64,000 nucleotides of DNA from an uncultured Eggerthellaceae bacterium (GTDB lineage: Bacteria; Actinomycetota; Coriobacteriia; Coriobacteriales; Eggerthellaceae): positions 102-64,101 of the forward strand of contig CANRPV010000001.1 in assembly GCA_947632575.1 (NCBI GenBank), given 5' to 3'. Every line of letters starts with the position of its first letter. The first letter of the stretch is position 1. A program made the translations under genes and the position numbers. Below, piece after piece: positions 28,967 through 38,374 of this stretch. Below the pieces are notes generated by a model that saw only the letters and a program-made list of their open reading frames with translations, was not told where the DNA came from and made no database searches.

Positions 28967-29827
28967 GTGTCTCGCTCCGAATCCCTTCCAGAAGACGGCG
29001 GTTCGGTCGAGCCTCTTCTTACCACGGCAGATTTGGTGGGAAAGAGGGTCTACCGACCGAAGAGTTCTTCCAAGAACCCCGATGGGGTGCATAAGCTAGG
29101 AAGGGTGCGGGCCTGTGTTTTTCATCCGAGTGATAAGCGCTTCGTCGGGATTTTGGTTCGCCGTCCCGACGCGGCGCTTATGTTTAAGCGCAAGGATGTC
29201 TTTGTCGCCCGTGGCTCGTTCCAAATACAAGGTAAGAATATTCTCATAGCCAGCGATCCCACCGCTACCGATAAGGCTGCTTGCAAAGCCCTCGGAATTC
29301 GGTGGGACGATTGCGTTTTATGGCAGGGAATGCCAGTCATGACCCAGACCGGTAAAGAGCTTGGTAGGGTCGGAGAAGTGAGCTTTAGTCCCGAAAGCGG
29401 TCTCATTCGATCGGTCACCATCTCGACTGGAGCGACGGCCAATGCCCTTTTGGGCAAGCGTGTCATCCCGTCCGATATGATTATCGGTTTCAGACGCGGC
29501 ATGGGTGTGGATCTTATGACCGACGAAGGCATCCAAGAGGGGGATCCGGGTGCGATTCTCGTGGATGAGAGGGCGTCGGAGGTTAAGCAAAGTGGCGGTT
29601 TTGCCGAAAAGGCCGGAAGCGCGAGCGCGGTAGCCGTCCATAAAACCAAAGAGGCCTATGCGAAAGTAAAGCCAGTGGCCACCGAAAAGGTGGGTAAGGC
29701 GGCGGATGTCGCGGGGAGTGCGCTTGAGAAGGGCGCTTATGCGCTTGGGCATCAGCTTGGTAAAACCAAGGGCATGTTTGCCTCGTTTAAAGAGGAGTTC
29801 GATAAAGCCAGCCATGGAGATGACTGA
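28967..29827 (+). CDS. PRC-barrel-domain protein
   Basis: An in-frame GTG at 28967 is chosen because the longer ORF overlaps the YtxH gene. DLVGKRVY...GRVRACVF and GKELGRVGEVSF resemble tandem PRC-barrel motifs. Confidence 0.6.
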   Translation: MSRSESLPEDGGSVEPLLTTADLVGKRVYRPKSSSKNPDGVHKLGRVRACVFHPSDKRFVGILVRRPDAALMFKRKDVFVARGSFQIQGKNILIASDPTATDKAACKALGIRWDDCVLWQGMPVMTQTGKELGRVGEVSFSPESGLIRSVTISTGATANALLGKRVIPSDMIIGFRRGMGVDLMTDEGIQEGDPGAILVDERASEVKQSGGFAEKAGSASAVAVHKTKEAYAKVKPVATEKVGKAADVAGSALEKGAYALGHQLGKTKGMFASFKEEFDKASHGDD

Positions 29828-29921
29828 GCTTGGTACAATAGCATTTGTGCGAATTAACTGCAGCTTTTGAAAAGCCGCAGTCGGCGACCTACATACTGGT
29901 TAATAGCGTTAGGAGGACGTA

Positions 29922-30872
29922 ATGCCGAAAATCACTGCCGATCAAGTGCGCGTACCCGCCGATGTCATGCCCGAGATGCGTGATGTGTACGTAAGTAACT
30001 ACATGAAGGCAACCCGTGGGACCGGGCGCCTGATGCTCTTTGCTTGCGACCAGAAGATCGAGCATCTCAACAAGGACTTCTACGGTGAGGGTATCGATAT
30101 TGCCGACGCCGAACCCGAGCATCTGTTCCAGATCGGAAGCCAAGGCGTTTGTGGTGTCGTGGCAGGTCAGCGTGGTCTGATCGCTCAGTATGCCGCTGAC
30201 TATCCGGAGATCAACTACCTCATCAAGATGAACTCCAAGACCAATCTCGTCGGCGTTTCTCAGGATGACCCTTACTCTCCTCAGCTGACCGACCTTGATG
30301 CCGTGTTGGCTATGCGCGAGGCTGGCGTGAACATCGTTGGTCTGGGCTACACCATCTATCTGGGTTCTGAATACGAGTCCACGATGATGGCTGAGGCCGC
30401 AGAACTCATCGCCCAGGCTCATGCCGAGGGCTTGCTGGTAGTGCTGTGGATCTATCCTCGCGGCAAGGCCGTCAAGGCTGAGAAGGATCCCGATCTGATC
30501 GCTGGCGCCGCTGGCGTTGCTCTTTGCATCGGCGCTGACTTCGTGAAGGTTAATCCGCCGAAGCCTGAGGATGGTCGTACCTCCGCTGAGGCTCTGAAGA
30601 TCGCTTCTATGGCTGCTGGTCGCACGGGTCTGGTATGCGCGGGCGGTTCCACCGTTGACGCGAAGACCTTCCTCACCCAGCTTTATGACCAGATTCATGT
30701 GGGCGGCGCATGCGGCAATGCCACTGGCCGTAACATCCATCAGCGTTCACTGGACGAGGCTGTGCGTCTGACCAAGGCCATCTCCGCTGTAACCCTTGCT
30801 GATTACAGCGTCGCAGACGCGCTGCAGGTCTTTGAGGGCAAGAAGGACTTCACCCTGGCTGACATCAAGTAG
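29922..30872 (+). CDS. Class I aldolase of the DhnA/FbaB (fructose-bisphosphate aldolase / LsrF-like) family
   Basis: 316 aa. LFACDQKIEH and the Schiff-base-type GADFVKVNPP motif. TIM-barrel family call only. Confidence 0.75.
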   Translation: MPKITADQVRVPADVMPEMRDVYVSNYMKATRGTGRLMLFACDQKIEHLNKDFYGEGIDIADAEPEHLFQIGSQGVCGVVAGQRGLIAQYAADYPEINYLIKMNSKTNLVGVSQDDPYSPQLTDLDAVLAMREAGVNIVGLGYTIYLGSEYESTMMAEAAELIAQAHAEGLLVVLWIYPRGKAVKAEKDPDLIAGAAGVALCIGADFVKVNPPKPEDGRTSAEALKIASMAAGRTGLVCAGGSTVDAKTFLTQLYDQIHVGGACGNATGRNIHQRSLDEAVRLTKAISAVTLADYSVADALQVFEGKKDFTLADIK

Positions 30873-30902
30873 CTCTGTTATCACAAGTGAAGCTCAGCAA
30901 AA

Positions 30903-30930
30903 GGCCCGGAGGAAGCTCCGGGCCTTTGTT
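30903..30930 (+). terminator. Rho-independent terminator after the aldolase gene
   Basis: GGCCCGGAG-GAAG-CTCCGGGCC followed by TTTGTTATATTTT. Confidence 0.7.
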
Positions 30931-30983
30931 ATATTTTCAGCAGCGCAACCCTTTTGAAGAAGGGGACGAGCTGGAAGGTTTTA

Positions 30984-31067
30984 TGGTGCCCGGGGTGGGA
31001 TTCGAACCCACACCCCGTTAAGGATCGGTTTTTGAGACCGACATGTCTGCCGTTCCATCACCCGGGC
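30984..31067 (-). tRNA. tRNA-Leu (anticodon CAA), type II, CCA encoded
   Basis: The reverse complement reads GCCCGGGTGATGGAACGGCAGACATGTCGGTCTCAAAAACCGA...GGTTCGAATCCCACCCCGGGCACCA. The anticodon loop is CTCAAAA. Confidence 0.9.
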
Positions 31068-31095
31068 GCAAAAAAGAAGTATAGCAAAAAGAACG

Positions 31096-32322
31096 CTAAT
31101 AGTAGCGATAATAGGCGGCACAAGAGCCCTCACTGGACACCATGCAGGGGCCTATGGGGTTCTCCGGGGTGCAAACCTTTCGGAAAAGTGGGCATTGATC
31201 TGGTGAAATAATGCCGCGCAACACATCTCCGCATCGACAACCGGAAGGCTCCAAAGAAGGTTCAACTTCCGGACGGAAGCGCTTCAGCGCATCGAATTCA
31301 TCATAGGCCTCGCGAATGCGATAGCCAGAACCCGGAATAAGGCCTAAACCTCGCCAGAGTGAATCGCAGGCCTCAAAGACCTCGTCAATGGCCTCCATCG
31401 CAACCGGATTACCCTCTTCCCGGACGCCACGTGCGTATGCGATCTCGATATCGGCCCGACCTTCAGAGAGTTGCCGTACCAACATGGCGATGCCTTGGAG
31501 GATGTCAACGGGCTCGAAGCCGGTGATGACGCCGGGAATGTGGTAGCGCTCGGCGAGGAAGCGATAGGGTTCCATGCCGATGATCGTGCTGACATGTCCC
31601 GGGAGAATAAGGCCATCGATTTTCAGCTGGGGATCCTTGACGATCGCCTCAAGCGCCCCGGGCATGTTTTTGTGAGCGACGATGACACTGAAATTCCGCA
31701 GACCCTCCTCTTTGGCGCGCTTGATGGTCATGGCGGTCAGCGGTGTCGTGGTTTCAAATCCCACTCCGACGAAGACCACCTGGCGATCCGGCCGTTTCGC
31801 GGCGAGGTTCAGCGCATCCAAGGGTGAATAGACAACCTCGACGCTGTGACCGGCCGCCTGCTCGGCAAGCAAGCTGGATCGTGATCCGGGCACGCGCAGC
31901 ATGTCCCCGAAGGTGGCAAGGGTCACTTCGGGAATCCGAGCGAGGGCGATGATGCGGTCGATATCCTGGTTCGCGGTGACGCAGACAGGACAGCCTGGTC
32001 CCGATGCTAATTCCAGACCTTCCGGCATAAGCTCACGAATGCCGTTGCGCGCGATGGCCATGGTATGGGTGCCGCAAACTTCCATCAACGTGGCGCCTTC
32101 GGCGGGAGCCCAGGCCTCGATGGCTTCTCTAAGCCCTCGCGCTATGACGGGATCCTTAAACGCGTCAAATGCGCGACCGCCCTCAGGGAAAGCAGAAGTC
32201 ATGTTTGAAGCAGGGGCCATAGTCTGAGCAGGAACAGTGCTTGAAGTAGGAGCAGTGCTTGAAGCTGAAGTCATGTTGGAAGCAGAAGCCATGTTTGGTG
32301 AGGGAGTGAATGAGGCAGCCAT
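31096..32322 (-). CDS. hypD: [NiFe]-hydrogenase maturation protein HypD
   Basis: MEVCGTHTMAI, GPGCPVCV and the C-terminal CxxC...SSEGSCAAYYRY motifs. Four in-frame ATGs (32322, 32292, 32274, 32202) lie in a repetitive N-terminal stretch. The conserved region begins after the ATG at 32202. Confidence 0.9.
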   Translation of the reverse strand: MAASFTPSPNMASASNMTSASSTAPTSSTVPAQTMAPASNMTSAFPEGGRAFDAFKDPVIARGLREAIEAWAPAEGATLMEVCGTHTMAIARNGIRELMPEGLELASGPGCPVCVTANQDIDRIIALARIPEVTLATFGDMLRVPGSRSSLLAEQAAGHSVEVVYSPLDALNLAAKRPDRQVVFVGVGFETTTPLTAMTIKRAKEEGLRNFSVIVAHKNMPGALEAIVKDPQLKIDGLILPGHVSTIIGMEPYRFLAERYHIPGVITGFEPVDILQGIAMLVRQLSEGRADIEIAYARGVREEGNPVAMEAIDEVFEACDSLWRGLGLIPGSGYRIREAYDEFDALKRFRPEVEPSLEPSGCRCGDVLRGIISPDQCPLFRKVCTPENPIGPCMVSSEGSCAAYYRYY

Positions 32323-32358
32323 GTTTGAGAATCGGAAACGTAAGGGCTAAACCAAGGG

Positions 32359-32604
32359 CTAAACCGTCTGAGGGAGATCATCGGCGGCTAGATCCGGAAA
32401 CTCGCGAATCAGATCAAGAGTTTCCTGGGCGTAGGCCTCATCGACGATCTCGATGGAAAATCCGGCATGGACCAGCACGTAATCTCCGATCTCAGCCTTG
32501 GGGGTCAGGTCTAAAGATACCTGACGGGTCACGCCCAAGATATCTACCTCGGCGAGATTATGAGCTTCCTTTTTCGTGATTTTTGCTGGTATGGCAAGGC
32601 ACAT
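32359..32604 (-). CDS. hypC: Hydrogenase maturation chaperone HypC/HybG
   Basis: Starts MCLAIPAKI and is 81 aa. Confidence 0.9.
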   Translation of the reverse strand: MCLAIPAKITKKEAHNLAEVDILGVTRQVSLDLTPKAEIGDYVLVHAGFSIEIVDEAYAQETLDLIREFPDLAADDLPQTV

Positions 32605-32607
32605 GGT

Positions 32608-35106
32608 TTATGACTCGCTTTCCTCGAAAGATTGAGCCCATGCTACCACAGCTTGACCATAAGAGATGCAACCATCATTAGGCGGCAGATCGCGGTGGAT
32701 GACTACCGTAAAACCCGCCTGTTCAAGCGCTTGGATGCTGTGTTCTATCAGATATCGGTTCATAAAAACGCCTCCGGAGAGCGCGACGATCTGGATGTCG
32801 TAGACAGCGCGCACCAGTTCGGCAGCCATCAGGATGGCGCTCACCATGGCTTCGTGGAAACGACGGGCGATTATCGGGATAGGTACCCCGGCCTCAAGGT
32901 CATCGAGAAGAGCCTGGAAGGTGGGTGCGGCGTCGAGCAGCACGACTGAGGTGTCTTGGGCTGTAGAGTTCGGTGAGGCGACGTTTTTCGTCGCAGCGAC
33001 GGCATAGCGTTCCTTGGCCAGAAGGTCATCCCGCATGGCCTTTTCGGCGGCGGCGCTTTCGGGCTCTAAAGCCCCGCCTTCCATGGCAGCCTCCAACAAG
33101 ATGGCCGCCTCGCCCTCATAGGACGGATCGGTGCAAACGCCGAGCAACGCGCTCGCCGCATCGAAGAGTCTTCCCACCGAGGAGGTGAGAGGCGTGTTTA
33201 TACCCTGGTCAATCATCTGCTCGAAGACAGCGACGCTAGCGCTCAGCGGCGCGAGAGCCTTTTGAGCCGCCGGGTGCTCCAGAAGGTCAAAAGCCCAAAG
33301 TGCTCCGTAGGCCATTCGAAGAGGATGACGGATTGCGGCGGCACCACCCGGCATGGGCACGTAAGCGAAGTTCGCGAAGCGCTCGAACGCTTTAAGATTC
33401 GCGATGAGGACCTCTCCACCCCAAAGCGAGCCGTCAGCGCCATAGCCCGTGCCATCGAAGGCGATACCGCAGACGGCATCGTGCAGGTCATGCTCGGCCA
33501 TAAGGGAGGCTATATGAGCGTGATGGTGCTGAACCTCGGTGCAGGGGAGGTCCTGCTCGTGAGCCCACTTGGAGGTCAGGTACTCGGGATGGGCATCGCA
33601 GGCGATGGCTTGAGCGCGCAGGTCGAAAAGCTCCTCGAAGCGGCGCTTGGTGGCAAGCCACGCCTCGTAGATCTCAGCGCGCTCCACATCGCCGATGTGT
33701 TGGGAGACGTACGCCTCTGCGCCGCGCAAGAAGGTGAAGGTGTTTTTCTGCTCGGGTCCGGTGGCGAAGATGGTCTTGTCGGACTTTCCCTCCGCAAGGG
33801 AAAAACGAAGCGGCTGAGGGGCGAAGCCCCGGGCTCGGCGGATCATCTGCTGAGCAAAACCCGCACTGCCCGCATGGATAATGCGGATAATGGAGTCGTC
33901 AAAGCGAGTTAGAATCGCGCGGTTGTTGCCGATGATGGCGTCGGCGATGGATCCCAGCTTCTCGCAAGCCTCAAAATCATCGGTGACGATGGGTTCGTCA
34001 TGGATGTTTCCGGAGGTCATGACGAGCAAAGATGGCAGCGCCTGTTCGCAAGCGGCCTTAGCAAGGCTAAAATCGTGAATCAGCAGATGCTGTAGTGGCG
34101 TGGTGGGAAGCATGATGCCAAGTTCCGGTAGGCAGTCAGCCAGTCCCTCAACCAGATGAACGCCAGGACGTTTTTGAAGAAGCACGATGGGGCGCTGGGT
34201 CGATCGCAGATGAAGCTCCTCGACTTCGTTGACGAAGCAGACTTTCGCGGCATCTTCAACACTGGCGGCCATGACCGCAAAGGGCTTACCCTCGCGCTGC
34301 TTTCTCCTTCGAAGGGTCGCTACCGCTTCAGGATTCTGGGCATCGCAGACGAGGTGGAAACCGCCGAGGCCTTTGACGGCCAGGATCTTACCATCGCAAA
34401 GCATCTGCACCGCTCGCGAGAGGATGGCATCGCTTAATTCTTGGGTATCGCCCCAAAGGCGACTGTAGATTGTCCCATCAACCGAGAATTCTTCGGCTGA
34501 TCCATCATGAGGCTTGTTCGCATCAGCAGCCTCAATGAACGAAATCGCCGGTCCGCAATCGAAGCAGGCGTTGGGCTGGGCATGGAAGCGCCTATTGCTA
34601 GGATCGTCATATTCGGCCTGGCATAAGGGATCCATGATGAAATCTCGCATGGAGGTGTGAGGACGGTCGTAGGGAAGTTTCTCAAGGATGGTGAACCGAG
34701 GACCACAGTCGGTGCAGTTGATGAACGGATAGCGATAGCGACGATTGGTGGGATCGAAAAGCTCATGGAGGCACTGATCGCAAGTTGCCATATCAGGGGA
34801 TACCAAGGTCGGCTTTTGCGTGGTGGCGGAATCAGAGAAGCGGATCTCAAAACTTTTGCAGTCCTGAAGCGGCACCTCTTTGAGTTCGATCTCCTTGACC
34901 TGGGCCGCTGCCGGAGCGTTCTCCGAAAGCTCGATAACGAACTCATCAAGGAGCTTGCTGTCGCCTTCCGCATGAATTTGAACGCCATCCTGGGCATTTA
35001 AAACCCAGCCGTTGATCAAATAACGTTTCGCCAGACGATAGACGAAGGGGCGGAAACCCACCCCTTGTACAATGCCGTTGACATGGATATCTAATGCTTC
35101 AATCAT
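32608..35106 (-). CDS. hypF: Carbamoyltransferase HypF
   Basis: 832 aa. Acylphosphatase domain (GIVQGVGFRPFVYRLA), two Zn-finger CxxC pairs, YrdC-like and Kae1-like domains. Confidence 0.95.
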   Translation of the reverse strand: MIEALDIHVNGIVQGVGFRPFVYRLAKRYLINGWVLNAQDGVQIHAEGDSKLLDEFVIELSENAPAAAQVKEIELKEVPLQDCKSFEIRFSDSATTQKPTLVSPDMATCDQCLHELFDPTNRRYRYPFINCTDCGPRFTILEKLPYDRPHTSMRDFIMDPLCQAEYDDPSNRRFHAQPNACFDCGPAISFIEAADANKPHDGSAEEFSVDGTIYSRLWGDTQELSDAILSRAVQMLCDGKILAVKGLGGFHLVCDAQNPEAVATLRRRKQREGKPFAVMAASVEDAAKVCFVNEVEELHLRSTQRPIVLLQKRPGVHLVEGLADCLPELGIMLPTTPLQHLLIHDFSLAKAACEQALPSLLVMTSGNIHDEPIVTDDFEACEKLGSIADAIIGNNRAILTRFDDSIIRIIHAGSAGFAQQMIRRARGFAPQPLRFSLAEGKSDKTIFATGPEQKNTFTFLRGAEAYVSQHIGDVERAEIYEAWLATKRRFEELFDLRAQAIACDAHPEYLTSKWAHEQDLPCTEVQHHHAHIASLMAEHDLHDAVCGIAFDGTGYGADGSLWGGEVLIANLKAFERFANFAYVPMPGGAAAIRHPLRMAYGALWAFDLLEHPAAQKALAPLSASVAVFEQMIDQGINTPLTSSVGRLFDAASALLGVCTDPSYEGEAAILLEAAMEGGALEPESAAAEKAMRDDLLAKERYAVAATKNVASPNSTAQDTSVVLLDAAPTFQALLDDLEAGVPIPIIARRFHEAMVSAILMAAELVRAVYDIQIVALSGGVFMNRYLIEHSIQALEQAGFTVVIHRDLPPNDGCISYGQAVVAWAQSFEESES

Positions 35107-35196
35107 GAGCTTTAATCATAGCGTTTGCACTACCAACCTTTCGATTCGGCGATAATCGCCAGATCATCCTATGCGAGAACCGTTTCGCCTTGAACC

Positions 35197-36960
35197 TTAC
35201 TCGTCCAGCAGGGTTCTGTCCACGATGATCTCCGCGATGGCCTCTTCGACAAGAGAGGCGAAGTAACGCAAGGTCGTTGCGGTGTTTTGCGGTAGATGGA
35301 CATGCAGGCAGCGACGATTGCGATCCGAGAGGATGACATAGTCGCCCGCGGCTTGAGCCTTCGCCAGCGCGCCAAGGCTCGGCGCCTCGTTGGCCAGGGG
35401 GATGTCGCTTGCCTCGTCAGCGGAGAGAATCAAGATGACGCCAGTGTTCGGACCGCCCTTTTGCAATTGGCCGGTGGAGTGGAGATAGCGAGGCCCCACT
35501 TCAAGGCACGAGGCGACGCCGAAGCTGTCGGCCACATTGTGACGAATGAGCTCAAGGGCCTCACGACGTCCTTCTCCCGCGAAGGGTAAAAAGGCGTTCA
35601 TGGCGAAATAGTCGCCCTCTTTGAGGCTTCCGAGCAGGGCTTTGAGAGCCTCTTCGAGGGTGTGGCATTCGTTGCCGATGCGCAAGTTGGGGCTTACCGT
35701 CACTTCAGCCTCACCAAAGAACAGTCCGCTTTCGGCGGTGGCCAATTCCTGAACGAAATCGGGTTCCGGTTGACCGTCTTTCAAGATATCAAGAACGACG
35801 GCCTTAGCTGAGGCCACATCGGGCTGGTCAAAGGGGCAAACCTTCATCAGATAACCCACCATTGCCGTGGCATATTCCCACATGATGAAAGCACGTGCCA
35901 AGTCTTCCTCACTGTTGAGCTCAAAATCGAGCCGAGGGATTGTGGGATTGATGGCCTCCAGGCTGCGCTCGAAGTCATCTTCCTCGTCTGACCAGGTGCT
36001 GCTGCAGCGATAGGTCACCACGCAGCGATCAGGTGCGGCATCTTTCAGAAGGAGTGGATCCACCTCCACATAAGGCAGAATGCCCTGGCAATCTTTACCG
36101 GTGCTTTCCGCGACCAACTGTTCGATCCAAAGGCCGAGAACACGGCCACGCTTTGGAGCGTAGTAGCAGATTTTGTCGCGGCCTTCGCGATAGTTGTCAT
36201 AGAGGAAGGCGGCAAGCTCAATGGCGGGGTTGTCCAAGCTGTCGCTTGCGCAGAGGAGCTCGGCTTCGCGACCAGCGGCCACCAGAGCTTCGATGTCGAT
36301 CCCTGCTAGCGCTGCAGGAACCAAACCAAATACCGAGAGGGCCGAGAAACGGCCACCAACTGTCGCAACGCCACTAAAGGTGGCAACCCAACCCTCTTCG
36401 CGAGCCTGGGCTTCCACCTTTGAGCCGGGGTCGGTGATAGCCACCAGATGGTTGACCACCTCTTCCTCGCCTAATACATCAGCGAAAGCTTTTCTCAGGG
36501 CGCTGAGCAACAGGCGGGGCTCGATGGTTGAACCGCTCTTGGAAGAAACGACGATCAGCGTATGAGCCGGGTCGATGGATGACATGATCTTGCGGAAGCG
36601 CACCGGTGAGTCAGAATCCATGGTTTTGTAGGACTCAATCGCTAAATTGTCCTTGCTGAATTTAGTGAGCGTCATAGGCGCTTGTGATGAGCCGCCTTGA
36701 CCAATAAGCACCACATCTTTAAGACCGGCTTCGTGCATGGATCGCGCGAAAGCGACGATATCTTTTATGGGAGTAGGTGGTGTGCTTGCAAGATCGGCCC
36801 AACCCATAAAGGATTGAGCGCACTCCTTGGCGGCGTCGCTGAAATCATAGAGGGTGGCATCTTTGGCATGGACGCGACTGGCAACGTTTGCGTCTACCAG
36901 TGCCTGGGCTGAAGGGTAAAACTGAGCGATATCGCTTGCGCAATCTTTTCCGGTAGCCAT
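35197..36960 (-). CDS. pgi: Glucose-6-phosphate isomerase (SIS-domain PGI family)
   Basis: 587 aa, with VVLIGQGGSSQAP and IVVSSKSGSTIEP SIS motifs. Confidence 0.8.
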   Translation of the reverse strand: MATGKDCASDIAQFYPSAQALVDANVASRVHAKDATLYDFSDAAKECAQSFMGWADLASTPPTPIKDIVAFARSMHEAGLKDVVLIGQGGSSQAPMTLTKFSKDNLAIESYKTMDSDSPVRFRKIMSSIDPAHTLIVVSSKSGSTIEPRLLLSALRKAFADVLGEEEVVNHLVAITDPGSKVEAQAREEGWVATFSGVATVGGRFSALSVFGLVPAALAGIDIEALVAAGREAELLCASDSLDNPAIELAAFLYDNYREGRDKICYYAPKRGRVLGLWIEQLVAESTGKDCQGILPYVEVDPLLLKDAAPDRCVVTYRCSSTWSDEEDDFERSLEAINPTIPRLDFELNSEEDLARAFIMWEYATAMVGYLMKVCPFDQPDVASAKAVVLDILKDGQPEPDFVQELATAESGLFFGEAEVTVSPNLRIGNECHTLEEALKALLGSLKEGDYFAMNAFLPFAGEGRREALELIRHNVADSFGVASCLEVGPRYLHSTGQLQKGGPNTGVILILSADEASDIPLANEAPSLGALAKAQAAGDYVILSDRNRRCLHVHLPQNTATTLRYFASLVEEAIAEIIVDRTLLDE

Positions 36961-37001
36961 GAACTTCCTTTCCGGATTAACCGGGCATCGGAAGATCGAT
37001 T

Positions 37002-37733
37002 CTAGATGCCCAGCGCCTTCTTTAGTGCCGAAACTCTGCGGCGGGACACCGGGATTTTTTCGTCAACGCCATTGAGCGTAAGCACCAGCGTACCGCCGGG
37101 TATAGATTCTATTTCCTCTACGGTAGAGAGGTTTACAAGAAAACCGCGATGTACTCGGAAAAATCCGTGACCGTCGAGGCGTTTTTCCAGCTGAGCAAGG
37201 CTGACCGTGGAGAAATATCGATCGGTGTCAGTTTGCAGGTACGCATAGTCGTCACGTGCCATGACAAAACGGATCTTATCGATGCTGATGAGAATCTTTT
37301 TACCGCCCTTTTCCACGGGAAGCCGCTCCGAATGCTGGGCCTGAGCATGAAGCGCCACCTGCTCGCGCACGCGAGCCACGGCTTGAGCCAGACGCTCGGA
37401 CTCCACGGGCTTCACCAAATAATCGACGGCGTTTACGGAAAAAGCGTCTAGGGCATGTTCGCTATAGGCGGTTACGAAGACGACTGAAGGCGGATACTTT
37501 AGATGCTGGAGCGCATCGGCGAACTGCAAACCAGAAGCCTCAGGCATGTTGATGTCGAGGAAAATTACATCGCAAGGAAATTCCTTGAGTTTCTCGATCG
37601 CTTCACGGACGCTGGCAGCCTCGGCCACCACTTCGATCTGACCATGTTCGTCAAGAAGAAACCTAAGCTCTGATCGAGCAGGGGCTTCGTCGTCTACGAT
37701 AATGGCCTTGAGCACATTCGCCTCCAATATCAT
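37002..37733 (-). CDS. LytTR/AlgR-family response regulator (orphan, no adjacent kinase)
   Basis: ATG 37733 (MILEANVLKAIIVDDE), receiver domain plus C-terminal LytTR DNA-binding domain (FFRVHRGFLVNL). Confidence 0.85.
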   Translation of the reverse strand: MILEANVLKAIIVDDEAPARSELRFLLDEHGQIEVVAEAASVREAIEKLKEFPCDVIFLDINMPEASGLQFADALQHLKYPPSVVFVTAYSEHALDAFSVNAVDYLVKPVESERLAQAVARVREQVALHAQAQHSERLPVEKGGKKILISIDKIRFVMARDDYAYLQTDTDRYFSTVSLAQLEKRLDGHGFFRVHRGFLVNLSTVEEIESIPGGTLVLTLNGVDEKIPVSRRRVSALKKALGI

Positions 37734-37865
37734 TTCCTTTTCAATAGGGGCACAGCCTTGACGGATCGATCGTACTGCTCCTGTTATGTGAGTTGATCGA
37801 TCAGCGGAAATAATCAGCCACAACCCGTAATTATAGTACAAGCTGCCCTGTATTTATGTAGGTAT

Positions 37866-37901
37866 AAAGAAGAGAGCGAAGCCATTTTTGACTTCGCTCT
37901 C
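37866..37901 (-). terminator. Terminator downstream of the small repeat-protein gene
   Basis: On the minus strand GAGAGCGAAG-TCAAAAATGG-CTTCGCTCTC followed by TTCTTTAT. Confidence 0.55.
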
Positions 37902-37930
37902 GTTGTGATTCTCTTAATGCCTTTAAGATG

Positions 37931-38263
37931 CTATTCGTCGGCAGTGGGCTGATCGCCGATTTTGCCATCGTGGTCGAGGTCTGTGTTGGTGAGCTCCTCG
38001 GCCTTGTTCTTTACGGTGTTGACCGCATCGGCAACCACAGGCTTTGCCTTCTCGACAGCAGCGGCTCCAGCGGCCTGGGCCTTGTTAAGGGCATCCTCGA
38101 CAACCGGCTTAGCGGCTTGAACGGCGGCAGCGCCAGCGTCCTTAGCCTTGTTGACCGCATCTTCTACGACAGGGGCAGCTTTCTCAACTGCTTGTCCGAT
38201 GGCGTCCTTTGCATTGCCGAGAGCTTCTCCAGCTTTTTTCGCGAGATCGTCGAAATCTGGCAT
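37931..38263 (-). CDS. Small Ala/Lys-rich protein with three roughly 22-aa tandem repeats
   Basis: ATG 38263 (MPDFDDLAKKAGEALG). Repeats are KAAPVVEDAVNKAKDAGAAAVQAA / KPVVEDALNKAQAAGAAAVEKA / KPVVADAVNTVKNKA, with an acidic tail. It resembles small actinobacterial stress or antitoxin-like helical proteins, but the family is uncertain. Confidence 0.6.
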   Translation of the reverse strand: MPDFDDLAKKAGEALGNAKDAIGQAVEKAAPVVEDAVNKAKDAGAAAVQAAKPVVEDALNKAQAAGAAAVEKAKPVVADAVNTVKNKAEELTNTDLDHDGKIGDQPTADE

Positions 38264-38374
38264 TGTGCTCCTCCTTTGTGATGTTTCCTTCGCAATGACT
38301 CGATTATAGGATATCGATTGCGGGCCTCTAAAAAGGTGCGGCCATTTCAACGTCGAGTGGTCTTTTGCGTTCCT

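Noticed and set aside
28348-29092. Minus-strand ORFs of 225 aa and 131 aa
   Set aside because: They are antisense to the YtxH and PRC-barrel genes, with Arg/Ser/Leu-rich shadow-frame composition.
29889-30740. 283-aa minus-strand ORF
   Set aside because: It is antisense to the class I aldolase gene.
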